Below, in pieces: positions 10,049 through 20,840 of a stretch of DNA of 42,059 bases (its first letter is position 1; every line of letters begins with the position of its first letter). This stretch comes from Candidatus Heimdallarchaeota archaeon (GTDB taxonomy: Archaea; Asgardarchaeota; Wukongarchaeia; Wukongarchaeales; JBHIFL01): contig JBHIFL010000037.1 of the NCBI GenBank assembly GCA_046761065.1, positions 1 through 42,059 of the forward strand. The letters are read 5' to 3'. A program made the position numbers and the translations under genes. The notes beneath the pieces are model-generated. The model saw only the letters and a program-made list of their open reading frames with translations, was not told where the DNA came from and did no database searches.

Positions 10049-11026
10049 GTGTGTCTTTTGAGCTGCCAGAAGCTCGGATTGGTTACAGCGGGGGGGGATG
10101 CGCCAGGAATGAACGCTGCTATTCGATCAGTCGTACGAGCCGCGGTATTCAATGAGTTAGAAGTAGTAGGGATTGAAAAAGGTTATTTAGGTTTGTTGAA
10201 AAAGGAATATCGATCACTTGATTCAAGGGACGTGAGTGGGATTGTACACTTAGGGGGGACTATATTAAAGACGAAACGGAGTAAAAAAATCAAAACTCCA
10301 GATGGCATTGAGAAAGCAGTCGAAAATTTGAAAGAAGCAAAATTTGATGGATTGATCGTAATTGGTGGCGATGGATCCTTCCATGCTGCGAAAACACTGC
10401 AAGAGGGAAGCGGTATCCCAATCATTGGGATACCTGCTACCATTGATAATGACATACCGGGAACAGACGAAACGATTGGGTTCGATACAGCAATAAATAC
10501 AGCATTAGGGGAAATCGACAAGATACGTGATACTGCAACGTCACATGAGCGATTATTTGTGGTTGAAGTGATGGGGCGACATTCCGGTTTCATTGCTCTA
10601 CATGTTGGTATTGGAGCAGGAGCAGAAATGATACTAGTTCCAGAAGTTGATTACACCTTTGAAATGGTATCCCAACGATTAGAAAAGGCACGGAAAATCG
10701 GAAAAACCTCGAGTATAATCGTGATGGCTGAGGGAGCAGGAGATTGCCATGTTTTCGTTAAACAATTACGTGAACTGGCGCTGTATGAAACTCGTTTAAG
10801 CATCTTGGGTTATGCTCAACGTGGCGGTGCGCCTTCCGCTCGGTCACGGTTATTGGCAGGGCTATTTGGAGTATCAGCTATTGAATATTTCCTAAAAGGA
10901 AAGAAAAAGAACTTTGTAGGGCTTAAGAATGGTAATGTTGTCGCTCCGAATTTGGATGTGATCACACAAGGGCCAAAACAGTTGAACCCTCAACTTTTAA
11001 GAACTGCAGAGATAATTTCCCATTAG
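10049..11026 (+). CDS. pfkA: ATP-dependent 6-phosphofructokinase, bacterial type
   Basis: GGDAPGMNAAIR, GGDGS (Gly104), IPATIDND (no Lys124), RDTATSH, VEVMGRHSG, LGYAQRGG. Confidence 0.92.
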   Translation: MCLLSCQKLGLVTAGGDAPGMNAAIRSVVRAAVFNELEVVGIEKGYLGLLKKEYRSLDSRDVSGIVHLGGTILKTKRSKKIKTPDGIEKAVENLKEAKFDGLIVIGGDGSFHAAKTLQEGSGIPIIGIPATIDNDIPGTDETIGFDTAINTALGEIDKIRDTATSHERLFVVEVMGRHSGFIALHVGIGAGAEMILVPEVDYTFEMVSQRLEKARKIGKTSSIIVMAEGAGDCHVFVKQLRELALYETRLSILGYAQRGGAPSARSRLLAGLFGVSAIEYFLKGKKKNFVGLKNGNVVAPNLDVITQGPKQLNPQLLRTAEIISH

Positions 11027-11114
11027 GACTTTCAAGGGATGACATTCTTAGAAATCACTGTAAATTTTCTTTCTAATACCATTTTGAAGTGTTTTTGAAA
11101 GGCCTAGTTTTAAA

Positions 11115-12518
11115 TTAATAAATGAGTGTATTGATTGATTTAGGAGGGGTCATTGGGATCTCAATAGGCGTTATTGTTTCTGAAACCAACTTCTTTGTTC
11201 CAGTAACACGTAATTGTTTGAATAAGAATCGAAATTTTGCTTCCAATTCTTCCCCGATTCTTTCCTTTGCTTCAATTGGCAAATTCCATATCTCTTCCTT
11301 GAACGGACCGAGAGCTCGTTTTCTGATTTTATACAAGAATTGTTCATCTGTTTGCTCCGTTTTGCGTTCATGCTTGAAATTTTCTTTTAAAAATGCATAG
11401 ATTTGATTTCGAAGGTCAATAGGAAAGTGTTTACTGTCGTAAATGATGTTTTGGAACCCAGTGGCAAGGTGAATCTCCGCAGTTTCGGTTTCTGGAAATT
11501 TATGGAACGCTTCATCAGGTAAGGTAGAAGCTCCGTGTTGAACAACTCCACAGAGGTTAAATTCTTCTCGTGCCACCTTAGAAAGTTGTTCTAAGGTGCC
11601 AAAATCGATCTTCACTTGGGCCAGCGTTCCATCTGGTAGAACAACCCCTCCATGGTGGGTTCCAGTTTGAACACTAATTTTCGACACACTTGGCAGTTTT
11701 TTATTTTTAATATCCAATGTCTGCTGGAGTCCGGTTAAATAGGCGCGAAGTTCCGTAGAGGTACTGTTTTGTCCTCCGATCTCCCCTATTTCCCCTCCAA
11801 CTGAGATTGTAATTGCATCGGGTTCTAAAGCTCGTGTGAATTGAAGTAATTCCGCAGTTGCTGTAAAATTGGGACGTTGTTGGTCTAAAATTGTATTTCG
11901 TTGCAAATCTACAAGGGTGGAGGCATCAATGTCAATATTATAGAATTGCGCTTCAATGGCTTCTTGGATCAAGTGTTTGAGGGCATCAAACTCCGTTTGA
12001 GGTGTCTCAATGAAGTTCTGTCGATTGAATTGGAAATGATCGCCTTGAAGAAAAAGCGGACCAGAGAATCTCTCCTTGATTGCAGCTGCGATCACTGCAG
12101 AAGCGTATTCGGAGGGACTTTGGGCGGTATACCCCATTTCCGAGCGTGCAAGTTCGAAGATTAAAGCCCCAACATGAAGATGAATTGCTACCCGTAATAC
12201 GGCTCGTGCGACATCATATGTTAGTGTCCTTATATTAATTGCAGGAACTGTAAAGCCTTCGATTTCGCCTTTTCCGCGTGCTTCGTATAATTCCTGAATG
12301 GAAGAAGGAATGATACCTAGTTTACGCCCTGCTTCCTTTATTATCCATTTTGTTGCTTGAACAATTTCGTTGTTTTTGTGAAAGATAGCTGAAAAAATAA
12401 TATCGTCTACTAGACTCGTTCTAAGAGTGTTTTCGTCAAGAATCTGTAGTTCCTGTTCTTTTATTTTCACTATTCCTTGTAAAGAATCTTTTAGTTCCAT
12501 TAGAGTAGTATACATCAA
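11115..12518 (-). CDS. Class II fructose/tagatose-bisphosphate aldolase family (long form)
   Basis: VPAINIR, QGDHFQ, IDIDAS, GEIGEIG, QTGTHHGG, VQHGASTLP, EIHLATGFQN. Confidence 0.88.
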   Translation of the reverse strand: MMYTTLMELKDSLQGIVKIKEQELQILDENTLRTSLVDDIIFSAIFHKNNEIVQATKWIIKEAGRKLGIIPSSIQELYEARGKGEIEGFTVPAINIRTLTYDVARAVLRVAIHLHVGALIFELARSEMGYTAQSPSEYASAVIAAAIKERFSGPLFLQGDHFQFNRQNFIETPQTEFDALKHLIQEAIEAQFYNIDIDASTLVDLQRNTILDQQRPNFTATAELLQFTRALEPDAITISVGGEIGEIGGQNSTSTELRAYLTGLQQTLDIKNKKLPSVSKISVQTGTHHGGVVLPDGTLAQVKIDFGTLEQLSKVAREEFNLCGVVQHGASTLPDEAFHKFPETETAEIHLATGFQNIIYDSKHFPIDLRNQIYAFLKENFKHERKTEQTDEQFLYKIRKRALGPFKEEIWNLPIEAKERIGEELEAKFRFLFKQLRVTGTKKLVSETITPIEIPMTPPKSINTLIY

Positions 12519-12838
12519 TAAATTCTCCCTTTATTAAGTACATTTTAATCAATTCATAAAATTGTTTTGTTCTAACTCGATTACGACAAACATGAGAAAT
12601 TAAACCGCATAAATCGGAGTTAGAGGAGGTGAACCTAGGAAATAAGTGTCAATGTGAGTAGAAAGTAAAGTTGATGTTAGGTTAGATTGCGAAATATTTA
12701 AGCAGTTATTTAGGCTATGCTTAGTAATCATTTGTGGAAATACTGGATTCATAATCTGAAATTACGGAATAAGTATGAGATATCCTCCTATTAAAATAAA
12801 GTTTTAAAATTAAAATGGACATATTAAAATGAGGGGAA

Positions 12839-13335
12839 ATGCAGGAAAACAAGATTTATGAGGAAAAGATATTTTTAAAACCGTTTAAGGGAATTTTTGC
12901 TATAATTCCTACTATATTTCTTGTTTTGATTATTTATCAAGCATTAATAGGACCAATTGGTACCCGTCCCGCCCCAAATTGGTTTTTACTGCTTATGTTC
13001 CTTTTTTTGTAGGAATCACACTGAATTTCAGCAGGTTAACCATCAGAGCGACTTCAAACTCTATCAATGTAAGGTATGGAATTTCGAAGCACTCAATCCT
13101 CTGGAATAATGTTACAGACTGTAATTTAGATAAGACCCCGATCCGAAGCTATGGCGGTTGGGGTATCCGGGTAGGAAATGTTAAAGGCCGGCGGAGATTA
13201 GTCTATAATGTAGTAGGGTACCCACGCGTCCTTCTGGCATTGAATAAAGGGAAATTTCGAGAGTTTGTATTTTCAACAACGAATCCTGATGTAGTAATAA
13301 AAGTGATCAGACAACAAATCGAAAAAGTAGACTGA
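12839..13335 (+). pseudogene. Membrane protein with YGGWGIR motif, split by a 1-nt frameshift in a T7 run
   Basis: MQENKIYEEKIF...GPIGTRPAPNWFLLLMFLF from ATG 12839 joins the 12979 ORF frame if one T is added at 13002-13008. Confidence 0.7.
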
Positions 13336-13353
13336 GACTTCCACACAAATGCA

Positions 13354-14178
13354 TTATTGTTGAAGCCCAAGAATCTCTCGCGCTTCATCGGGCGTGGCAA
13401 TAGCTCGACCAAATACTTTAGTAATACGGATAATCCGCTCTACAAGTTGGGCGTTGCTTTTTGCGAACACGCCACGCTCATAGTAGATATTATCTTCTAG
13501 GCCAACACGGATATGCCCCCCCAAGATTAACCCCATCATTGACATGGGCAGATGGCTCTTCCCAATCCCAATGATCGACCATGTAGAATTCTTGGGGATA
13601 AGATCTATCATATGAATAAGAGCTTTAGGAGTGGCAGGACTCCCATGAGGAGTTCCTAAAACGAATTGAAAGTGGAGCGGCTCCTGTAAAAGCCCTTGAT
13701 CCCGCATGTGTAAACAGTGTATGATCATTCCTATATCGAAAATCTCTAACTCAGGCTTGATATCTAACTCTTTCATTCGTTTGGCAGCCGTCTCAAGGAA
13801 TTCTGGAGTGTTGATGAAAACATATCTGCCTAAGTTAATTGAGCCCGCATCAAATGACGCCATTTCTGGTTTCAGTTGCAACGGGGCCAAGCGTTGTTCT
13901 GGAGGAAGATTTATGCCAGGAATACCACTTGTAGTCAGGTTGAGGATAAGATCGGTCTGTTCCCGAAGTTTTTCTACTACTGGGCGAAAAAGAGTTACAT
14001 CTGGGGTCCCCAGTCCAGTTTTTGGATCTCGCATATGTAAGTGAACAATTGCGGCGCCAGCCTCCCAAGCTTCGATAGATGATTGAGTGATCTCCTCGGG
14101 TGTAATAGGGATATAAGGGGTTTGTTGCCGGTTAATCCTACTTCCAGTAATTGCAGCTGTAATAATTAATTTGTCCAA
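13354..14178 (-). CDS. kce: 3-keto-5-aminohexanoate cleavage enzyme / BKACE (DUF849) family
   Basis: ITAAITG, EAGAAIVHLHMRD, KPELEIFD, QFVLG, GHIRVGLEDN; GGTGA RBS before TTG start. Confidence 0.9.
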   Translation of the reverse strand: MDKLIITAAITGSRINRQQTPYIPITPEEITQSSIEAWEAGAAIVHLHMRDPKTGLGTPDVTLFRPVVEKLREQTDLILNLTTSGIPGINLPPEQRLAPLQLKPEMASFDAGSINLGRYVFINTPEFLETAAKRMKELDIKPELEIFDIGMIIHCLHMRDQGLLQEPLHFQFVLGTPHGSPATPKALIHMIDLIPKNSTWSIIGIGKSHLPMSMMGLILGGHIRVGLEDNIYYERGVFAKSNAQLVERIIRITKVFGRAIATPDEAREILGLQQ

Positions 14179-15076
14179 TTATTGATCACCTTTAATGTAC
14201 TCTCGTTTGATCGCTGCTTTTGGAATGGTGACAATGTTCAGAAGCATAAATTCCTTGCTTCAATATCTGCATTGTAGTTCGATAGCGGTTCGTAATTCAG
14301 GCCTTGTATACAAACAAATTCGCATTCATCCCCACGACAAGCCATGGAGTCTTCTGTGATTCAATGGATAAATATGTTTATGAGCATTCTCGATTATTTA
14401 TTCTCCCTTATCGAACTTGTTATAGGAGCTGCAGAACTTTGTTAAAATATCAATGAACAATTCTTTCTTTGAAGCTTTCATTTCCCAGTATAGAATTAAT
14501 ATTCCAAAGAAAGAGATATGAGAAGTTAATTGAGGTCTTCTTTCACCTTCTCCTTTTCTTACGTTTTCTTTTAGCTTCCTTTTGTTTCTTCTTCTTAGTC
14601 TTTTTAGTCATAGCACGATGTCTAGGCAAGATTAATCCCTATTCTTCTTTTAATACCTCTATAGCTCCCCGTATCTTCATATCTCTCTTATTAATTGTGG
14701 TATGGAAAGATCTTTTCATAGACTTTGTGATAAATAAAGAGGAAGAAACATGATTATAGAATCATTTGTTGTATGATAATCAGAATTTAGTTGTTTGATT
14801 CTGTGTATTGGACCTGTTTTAATAGATATTTTCCATCGAAAAATAAATTACAACGCTTCTGACTAATAACAAAATGAAAACGCGATGTAAACTGACCCTA
14901 AAGACCAAAACATCTAGGAATCAAGTTTATTGTTCCATTCACAATGTATATTGTCCATTTATGCTAGGATAGGAATATTGGTTAATCCCCTTCCCTTATA
15001 GAAGGGATTTTAGCCGATAGGTTGCGAATAGAAGTCCGACTCGGGAATCATTTAGTTAGTAATTATGTAAAGTGAG

Positions 15077-16279
15077 TTGCAAATGTCTGTTGAAATAATG
15101 CCCGACATCTTTTGGATTGGCGTAAATGATCGGACCACCGACCTGTTTGAAGGGATGTGGCCCATCGAGCAAGGGGTCAGTTATAATAGTTATCTCATCC
15201 GGGATAAAAAGAAAGTCCTTGTAGATCTTGTGAAAGGCAATCAATTAGAAGAGTTCCTTGGGAAAGTTGAGGAGCTAATTGACCCCTCAGAGCTTGATTA
15301 TGCCATTATCAATCATATGGAGCCGGACCACTCTGGAATCTTAAAGGCAATCCGACGTTGTGCCCCTAATGTCCAATTAATTGGTACAAAAAGAATGATT
15401 CCAATGGTGGAAGCCTTTTATGGGATTACTAAGGGAGTCGTAGAAGTGGGAGATGGAAGCACTCTTAATCTGGGAAAAAGAACCCTGGAGTTTTTCCGAA
15501 CGCCCTTTGTGCATTGGCCAGAGACAATGATGACTTTTGAAAGATCAAATGGGACTTTATTCTCATGCGATGGATTTGGGGGATTCGGGGCTCTTCGCGG
15601 TGCAATCTTTGATGATGAAGTACCAGATCTCGAGTACTATCGCCAAGAAGCTCTCCGCTACTATGCCAATATTGTAGCTAAGTTCTCCCAATCTGTGCTA
15701 GGAGCCATCAACAAACTCAGCGATCTTCCCATTAAGGTGATTGCACCGTCTCACGGGGTGATCTGGAGGAACCATCCTGAAGATATCATCCAGCTCTACC
15801 AGCAATGGGCGGGTTATGCAAAAGGATCGCGGGAGAAGGCCGTAACCCTCGTTTATGGCTCGATGTATGGAAATACAGAGTCTATTATGAATTTTGTAGC
15901 CCGAGGCATCTCAAGAGAAGGAGTGCTTGTTGAAATTTATGATGCGGCCCGAATGCACTCAACTTATATTCTTGCATCCCTCTGGAAGAATGAAGGAGTG
16001 CTAATAGGAGCTCCCACCTACGAGGTGGAACTGTTCCCACCCGTCGCCCATGTTCTTGATATGGCTCGTCGAAAGAGTATTTTTGGTCGAAAAGCGGGAT
16101 ATTTTGGATCTTTTGGATGGGGTGGAGGAGCAAAACGGGAGTTTGACAAGCTTGCAGAAGCCCTCAAATGGGAAATTGTAGGGGAGTTTGTTTTCAAAGG
16201 GGGCGCAACAAGACAGGAGCAACAACTGGCAGAAGAGTTTGGAAAAGAATTTGCACAAAAAATTTTAGCTAGTGAGTGA
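15077..16279 (+). CDS. fprA: Flavodiiron protein (A-type flavoprotein)
   Basis: SYNSYLI, NHMEPDHSG, HWPE, SCDGFG, PSHG, flavodoxin YGSMYGNT and FGSFGWGG. Confidence 0.95.
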   Translation: MQMSVEIMPDIFWIGVNDRTTDLFEGMWPIEQGVSYNSYLIRDKKKVLVDLVKGNQLEEFLGKVEELIDPSELDYAIINHMEPDHSGILKAIRRCAPNVQLIGTKRMIPMVEAFYGITKGVVEVGDGSTLNLGKRTLEFFRTPFVHWPETMMTFERSNGTLFSCDGFGGFGALRGAIFDDEVPDLEYYRQEALRYYANIVAKFSQSVLGAINKLSDLPIKVIAPSHGVIWRNHPEDIIQLYQQWAGYAKGSREKAVTLVYGSMYGNTESIMNFVARGISREGVLVEIYDAARMHSTYILASLWKNEGVLIGAPTYEVELFPPVAHVLDMARRKSIFGRKAGYFGSFGWGGGAKREFDKLAEALKWEIVGEFVFKGGATRQEQQLAEEFGKEFAQKILASE

Positions 16280-16502
16280 GATTTTCATAGAATAATCAAT
16301 AAGAATGACAATGAACAACAAAACTATATTAATTCAATCTCTTTGATTGAACATATTCAACATTACCTTTCAAAAGGATATCCGCTTTCTCATCTTATTT
16401 TTAACAGCCTATGTTTTGTTTGGATTATAAGTAGTATTTTTCTCTTGCCAGATGTTTAAAACATCGCTTTATTGACTAAAAACCACGTTTTTATGAGGTG
16501 GA

Positions 16503-17177
16503 TTGATGAATTGGGAGTATAGCAGAAAGCAAGGAATCAGGGGGCTGGAACTTAGGAAGATACCAGTATTTGGAACGTTTTCTATTGTAGCAAAGTCACC
16601 TGAATCAGGGTTATTAGGGGTTGCCGTTGCATCGGGTTCCATGTCGGTGGGCAACCGAGTACCTCATGTCAAACCGGGTGTCGGCGTAGTCGCCACCCAA
16701 GCGTATACAAATATCGCATACGGAACAAGCGGATTAGAACTTATGGAACGAGGGATATCTCCAAAAAAGGCATTAGACCGGATTTTAGAAGAGGATCTTG
16801 GAAGAGAACTTAGACAGGTGGCGATGATGGATGTAGAGGGAAATAAGGCAGTGTTTACAGGCCGGAAGGTTCCAAGATGGAGTGGAGAATCGATTGGTAA
16901 AGATTACATTGTAATAGGGAATTTTCTCGTAGGAGAAGAGGTAGTTAGTCAGATGGTTGAGGAGTTTGAGCAATCAACTGGAGGATTAGCTTTAAGGATG
17001 ATAAAAGGACTTAAAATGGCAAGTGAGAGCGGTGGAGATCGACGGGGGGAACAATCGGCAGCGCTCATCATAGTGAGTGTTAATGGTGTGGAAGTAGAGG
17101 TTAGAGTGAACAAGCATAGAACTCCAATCGAAGAGCTGAGTAGAAGGCTTGAATTCCATCTTAACCATTCCCTGTAA
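16503..17177 (+). CDS. DUF1028 family Ntn-hydrolase-like protein
   Basis: TFSIVA...LGVAVAS, GVVATQA, RQVA, GGDRRGEQSAAL. Confidence 0.9.
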   Translation: MMNWEYSRKQGIRGLELRKIPVFGTFSIVAKSPESGLLGVAVASGSMSVGNRVPHVKPGVGVVATQAYTNIAYGTSGLELMERGISPKKALDRILEEDLGRELRQVAMMDVEGNKAVFTGRKVPRWSGESIGKDYIVIGNFLVGEEVVSQMVEEFEQSTGGLALRMIKGLKMASESGGDRRGEQSAALIIVSVNGVEVEVRVNKHRTPIEELSRRLEFHLNHSL

Positions 17178-17295
17178 AAATAATCAAGAAATGTTTGTGT
17201 TATAACGCATAGGTCCTAATTTACGCCCAATCCAAAAAATAATATTGACTTCCATGGGTTTCTGTTTCTTGATGCGTTTAAACCAAGCAATCTAG

Positions 17296-17763
17296 TTATG
17301 GGATTATTTCTGGAGTAACCATCCATTGAATAGTCCATTGGTTGTCCTCATCCTTTTTCAGACATAGGATGCCTCCCATTTTGAATGTAACCACTTCTCT
17401 ACTTTCACCTTCATAGAAAAGCTTACTTGTGAGCTTACTTAAGTGGGGCAGGTGTCCAACGAGCATGATGTCCGTGGTGGCCGTTTCTAGGCGTTTTTTC
17501 CAAAGCTTTGGGTCGGTTAACGGTTCTAAGTCTTTAGAAACTACAACTCCCTTAGTGGGGTGGAGATATTCAGACAGAACATCTGCTGTTTGTTTGGCAC
17601 GCAACTTCCCACTGTGGATTATTTGATCTATGTGGATGTGTAGGTATTTTTCTGCATAGCTAGCCATCTTCTTTATGGCTTTGAACCCCTCCTCTGTGAG
17701 AGGTCGCGAGGGGTCCGTTTCCTTATTCTTGGCTTCGGCATGTTGAACCAAATACAATTTCAT
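17296..17763 (-). CDS. sixA: Phosphohistidine phosphatase SixA
   Basis: LYLVQHAEA, RPLT..G, HSGKLRAKQTA, LVGHLPHL; AGGAGG RBS. Confidence 0.9.
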   Translation of the reverse strand: MKLYLVQHAEAKNKETDPSRPLTEEGFKAIKKMASYAEKYLHIHIDQIIHSGKLRAKQTADVLSEYLHPTKGVVVSKDLEPLTDPKLWKKRLETATTDIMLVGHLPHLSKLTSKLFYEGESREVVTFKMGGILCLKKDEDNQWTIQWMVTPEIIP

Positions 17764-17993
17764 GGGATACTCCTCCTAAATTTTGAGTTCTCGAGTTGTG
17801 TTTTGAGTACTTTGAGTGCCTAGAAAATTCGATCTAAGGCTTATTATATACATGTGAATAATTCATTTATAGATAACTATGCAATATTTGCTAACCTTAA
17901 ACCTACTTTTGAATCCGAAATAGTCTTGCTTGTGATAATAAAAGTGCGGAATATAAAGATACGGCCCTAAATATAAGGAAAAGGCATATAATA

Positions 17994-19109
17994 ATGTATG
18001 AAATGTCCAAAGGCAAGGATCTAATTCAATTTGATTCGATCCAAGTGCGATTGATATATTTTGATTCCATGGGAGCCAAATGCAGCTCTGTACTGGTTAG
18101 TACTCCGGATGTCTCTATCTTAGTGGATCCAGGTGCATCAGTTCTACAACCAAGTTTCCCTTTGTCGTCAAAGGACAAGGCAATGTACTGTGAGGAGGCA
18201 TATGAGCGTATTTGTAGATTTGGAGTACGGGCGGATGTAATAGTCATAACTCACTATCATTATGATCATTACCCCAACCCAGCTTTTTTGGACAGTATGG
18301 ATGCAGTGTTTAGGGAGAAAACACTGCTGATAAAGGATCCGAATCAATGGATCAACCAGTCTCAGAACAAAAGAGCACTGGAGTTCTTGAGAGGAATCTA
18401 TCAAGAGTTTGGAATATCTGGAAATTTCAAAGAGGTGTTGGTGGATCCTCATTTTCAGATGCAGAATGATCCTTACACTTCACATCCAAAGACTGCAGCT
18501 CTCTGGCGGAGGGCTAAAGGAAAAAAGAGTGAAGTATTTCAGGCTAAACAGAGGTGGTTGGATAATTCTGTTAGAAGGTGGCAAAAAAGAAAATGGGTAC
18601 CTGATTTCCAATTAGGGGATATAAAAATACTATTAGCGGACGGGAGAGAGGTCACTTTTGGTCAGACCAAACTCCAGTTTTCTCATCCTATGTTTCATGG
18701 TCAATTCTTGGCTAAAATAGGATGGGTCATAGGATTCACAGTGGAATACGAAGACAGTAAATTTATGTTTACTTCTGATTTACAGGGACCAATAATAGAG
18801 GAATATGCGGATTGGATCGTTCAAACCTGTCCAAACATAATTGTAGCAGACGGGCCTCCTCTGTATGCCTATGGTTACATGCTCGGTAAAGCTGAGATAG
18901 ACCGTATTGTCAATAATATGTTGACCATTATGTCCCAAACTAGACCTAAAAAGATTATCTGGGATCACCATTTATGTCGGGGGCTTTTCAAGTCGAAACT
19001 GAAGAATGTATATTCGTATGCTAAGAAAATGGGTGTAAGGGTATGTACAGCAGCCGAACACATGGGTCATAAACCATTGATAGAGCAATTAAAGGAATCA
19101 AGTGCGTAG
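17994..19109 (+). CDS. Metallo-beta-lactamase-fold hydrolase (archaeal UPF0282-like)
   Basis: DSMGAK, VDPG, THYHYDH, INQSQ..RA, FHG...GWV, SDLQGP, DGPP.Y, DHHL.R. Confidence 0.85.
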   Translation: MYEMSKGKDLIQFDSIQVRLIYFDSMGAKCSSVLVSTPDVSILVDPGASVLQPSFPLSSKDKAMYCEEAYERICRFGVRADVIVITHYHYDHYPNPAFLDSMDAVFREKTLLIKDPNQWINQSQNKRALEFLRGIYQEFGISGNFKEVLVDPHFQMQNDPYTSHPKTAALWRRAKGKKSEVFQAKQRWLDNSVRRWQKRKWVPDFQLGDIKILLADGREVTFGQTKLQFSHPMFHGQFLAKIGWVIGFTVEYEDSKFMFTSDLQGPIIEEYADWIVQTCPNIIVADGPPLYAYGYMLGKAEIDRIVNNMLTIMSQTRPKKIIWDHHLCRGLFKSKLKNVYSYAKKMGVRVCTAAEHMGHKPLIEQLKESSA

Positions 19110-19993
19110 CACAGCACACGTTGGAATCTTTGTTAAAACCCACTTCTCATTTCTACAAATCTTCGAAGAATCTATTTGGCAGGTTTCACAAGACATGCTT
19201 TACTAAAGGTTAGCTGCTGAAAAGCCAGTTTCGAACTCGTTTAAGTTTCCTTTGCTTTTTCGAGCCATTTTCCCAAGAGCTTTCTATTAGTTGCATCTCG
19301 TCCTTAATAAGGAGACAGATTTCAGGAAAATTTTTCGATAGATTGGTTTCTAGTTTTCTAAACGCTGTCTTGGTCTTTGTAGATCCTGTTTCAATTCATT
19401 TTTGTCAACGTTATACTGCATGACACCTTTTTGTGATTCTTCAGGAGTTAAGAACTTAGCTCACGTTTGTCCGGGATACTTTTTCATTTTATTAACCTGT
19501 CTCCGTAGAGGAAAGGGGATATGTTTGGATTGTCAAAAAAACTTTAAGATCTCATGAGAAATAACTTTATTTGGAGTCATAACGTAAAAAGATAACGAGT
19601 AGTAGCTATTGATACTTTGTTACGATCAAACCTCCAGATTTTGAAGAAGATGCGTTCTTTTTAGCGACTTTCCTCGTACTTTAGTTTGATGTTCCAAGAA
19701 CTTCGAAGAACTTTAAAAAATTGATCTACTTTAAATTGATTGAAACTCTGGAAAAGAGTCGAGTCACTTACTTGCTATTATAACAAGTACTCCTATTAAA
19801 TAACAGAGCAATAATTCGTTGTTTCTCACTATATTTATGGACAGCCCATTTTTGGAATCTGCTAATCAATTCACTTCCAAGTAATTGCCTAAATGCCTTA
19901 GGATATATTATTATATTCCTAAGGAAGTATTAATCTGAGTGTAAATATGTATTAAATTTACAATATCTTTTAAGAAAGTATGGTTTACATATT

Positions 19994-20782
19994 TTGATTA
20001 GTATGATTGATGCGAGGATTCCCAAGGACTTATTAGATGATGAAAAGCAGATTTTAGTTACATTACTAAAAGCAAAACAGATGGAAATAACGGAAGGGAT
20101 GCTAAAGAACGAATTAATAAAACAAAAACTGACTGCCATGAATTTAATCAGTTATGTACCTAAGAAGGGACGTCAAAGAGTCGGAAGATATAAACTCACC
20201 ACCTTAGGGATGGATGTTGCTCAGAAAGTTTCTGAGGAACTTGATGATAAATCTACAATGTCCAAAAAACTCGATAACAAATTAAAGAAAATGGTTAAAA
20301 ATATTATCACCCAGCTGAAGCAAGATATAGACTCCAAATTCCAAAATCAGAGCATTATATTGGATGAAATTTTCCGTCGTTTGGAAATAATTGAAAGTAG
20401 ATTAAACATCACCGAGAGGAAGTCTATAGAGATGGTTTCAGTAGATCAGAAGGATCTTCCTTCAGTACTTAAGGATGTTTATGAAGAAGTGTGTTCGGTT
20501 GAAGCTAACATTTCTGATATGATTTCCTTGTCGGCTTTAAAATCAAAGTTATATGAGAAATACACTCTTTCGAATGAATTAGTTGATAAAACGCTCTTAA
20601 AACTAGAAAAAGAACGAAAAATAGATCTTCAAGTGGCTTATAATATTGAATCTCTGAAAGGAGTCGAGTATGGAATTAAAGTACCCGGGAGAGGATTAGT
20701 TTTCTATATAAGATGGAGAAGATATGACCCTAAACTTGAAAAGATGAAACAACCCTTATTTTCTTCATCCGATCCTCCCTAA
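19994..20782 (+). CDS. Hypothetical protein: winged helix + coiled coil + C-terminal winged-helix-like domain
   Basis: N-terminal L...NLISY....YKLTTLG wing, central heptad-rich segment, C-terminal ISLSALK....VDKTLLKLEKERKIDL...GI..PGRGLVFYI. Confidence 0.7.
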   Translation: MISMIDARIPKDLLDDEKQILVTLLKAKQMEITEGMLKNELIKQKLTAMNLISYVPKKGRQRVGRYKLTTLGMDVAQKVSEELDDKSTMSKKLDNKLKKMVKNIITQLKQDIDSKFQNQSIILDEIFRRLEIIESRLNITERKSIEMVSVDQKDLPSVLKDVYEEVCSVEANISDMISLSALKSKLYEKYTLSNELVDKTLLKLEKERKIDLQVAYNIESLKGVEYGIKVPGRGLVFYIRWRRYDPKLEKMKQPLFSSSDPP

Positions 20783-20840
20783 TCGTATGATTATTGAAAA
20801 TGCAATTGTCATAGATTAGTAACTATTCCTAAATCATTTT

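Noticed and set aside
14236-14345. Short peptide MACRGDECEFV resembling the end of a V4R domain
   Set aside because: Too short, and no supporting upstream frame.
19110-19990. Stop-interrupted frames (e.g. minus-strand MQYNVDKNELKQDLQ...) in a long gap
   Set aside because: No recognisable family; cannot be distinguished from non-coding DNA without a search.
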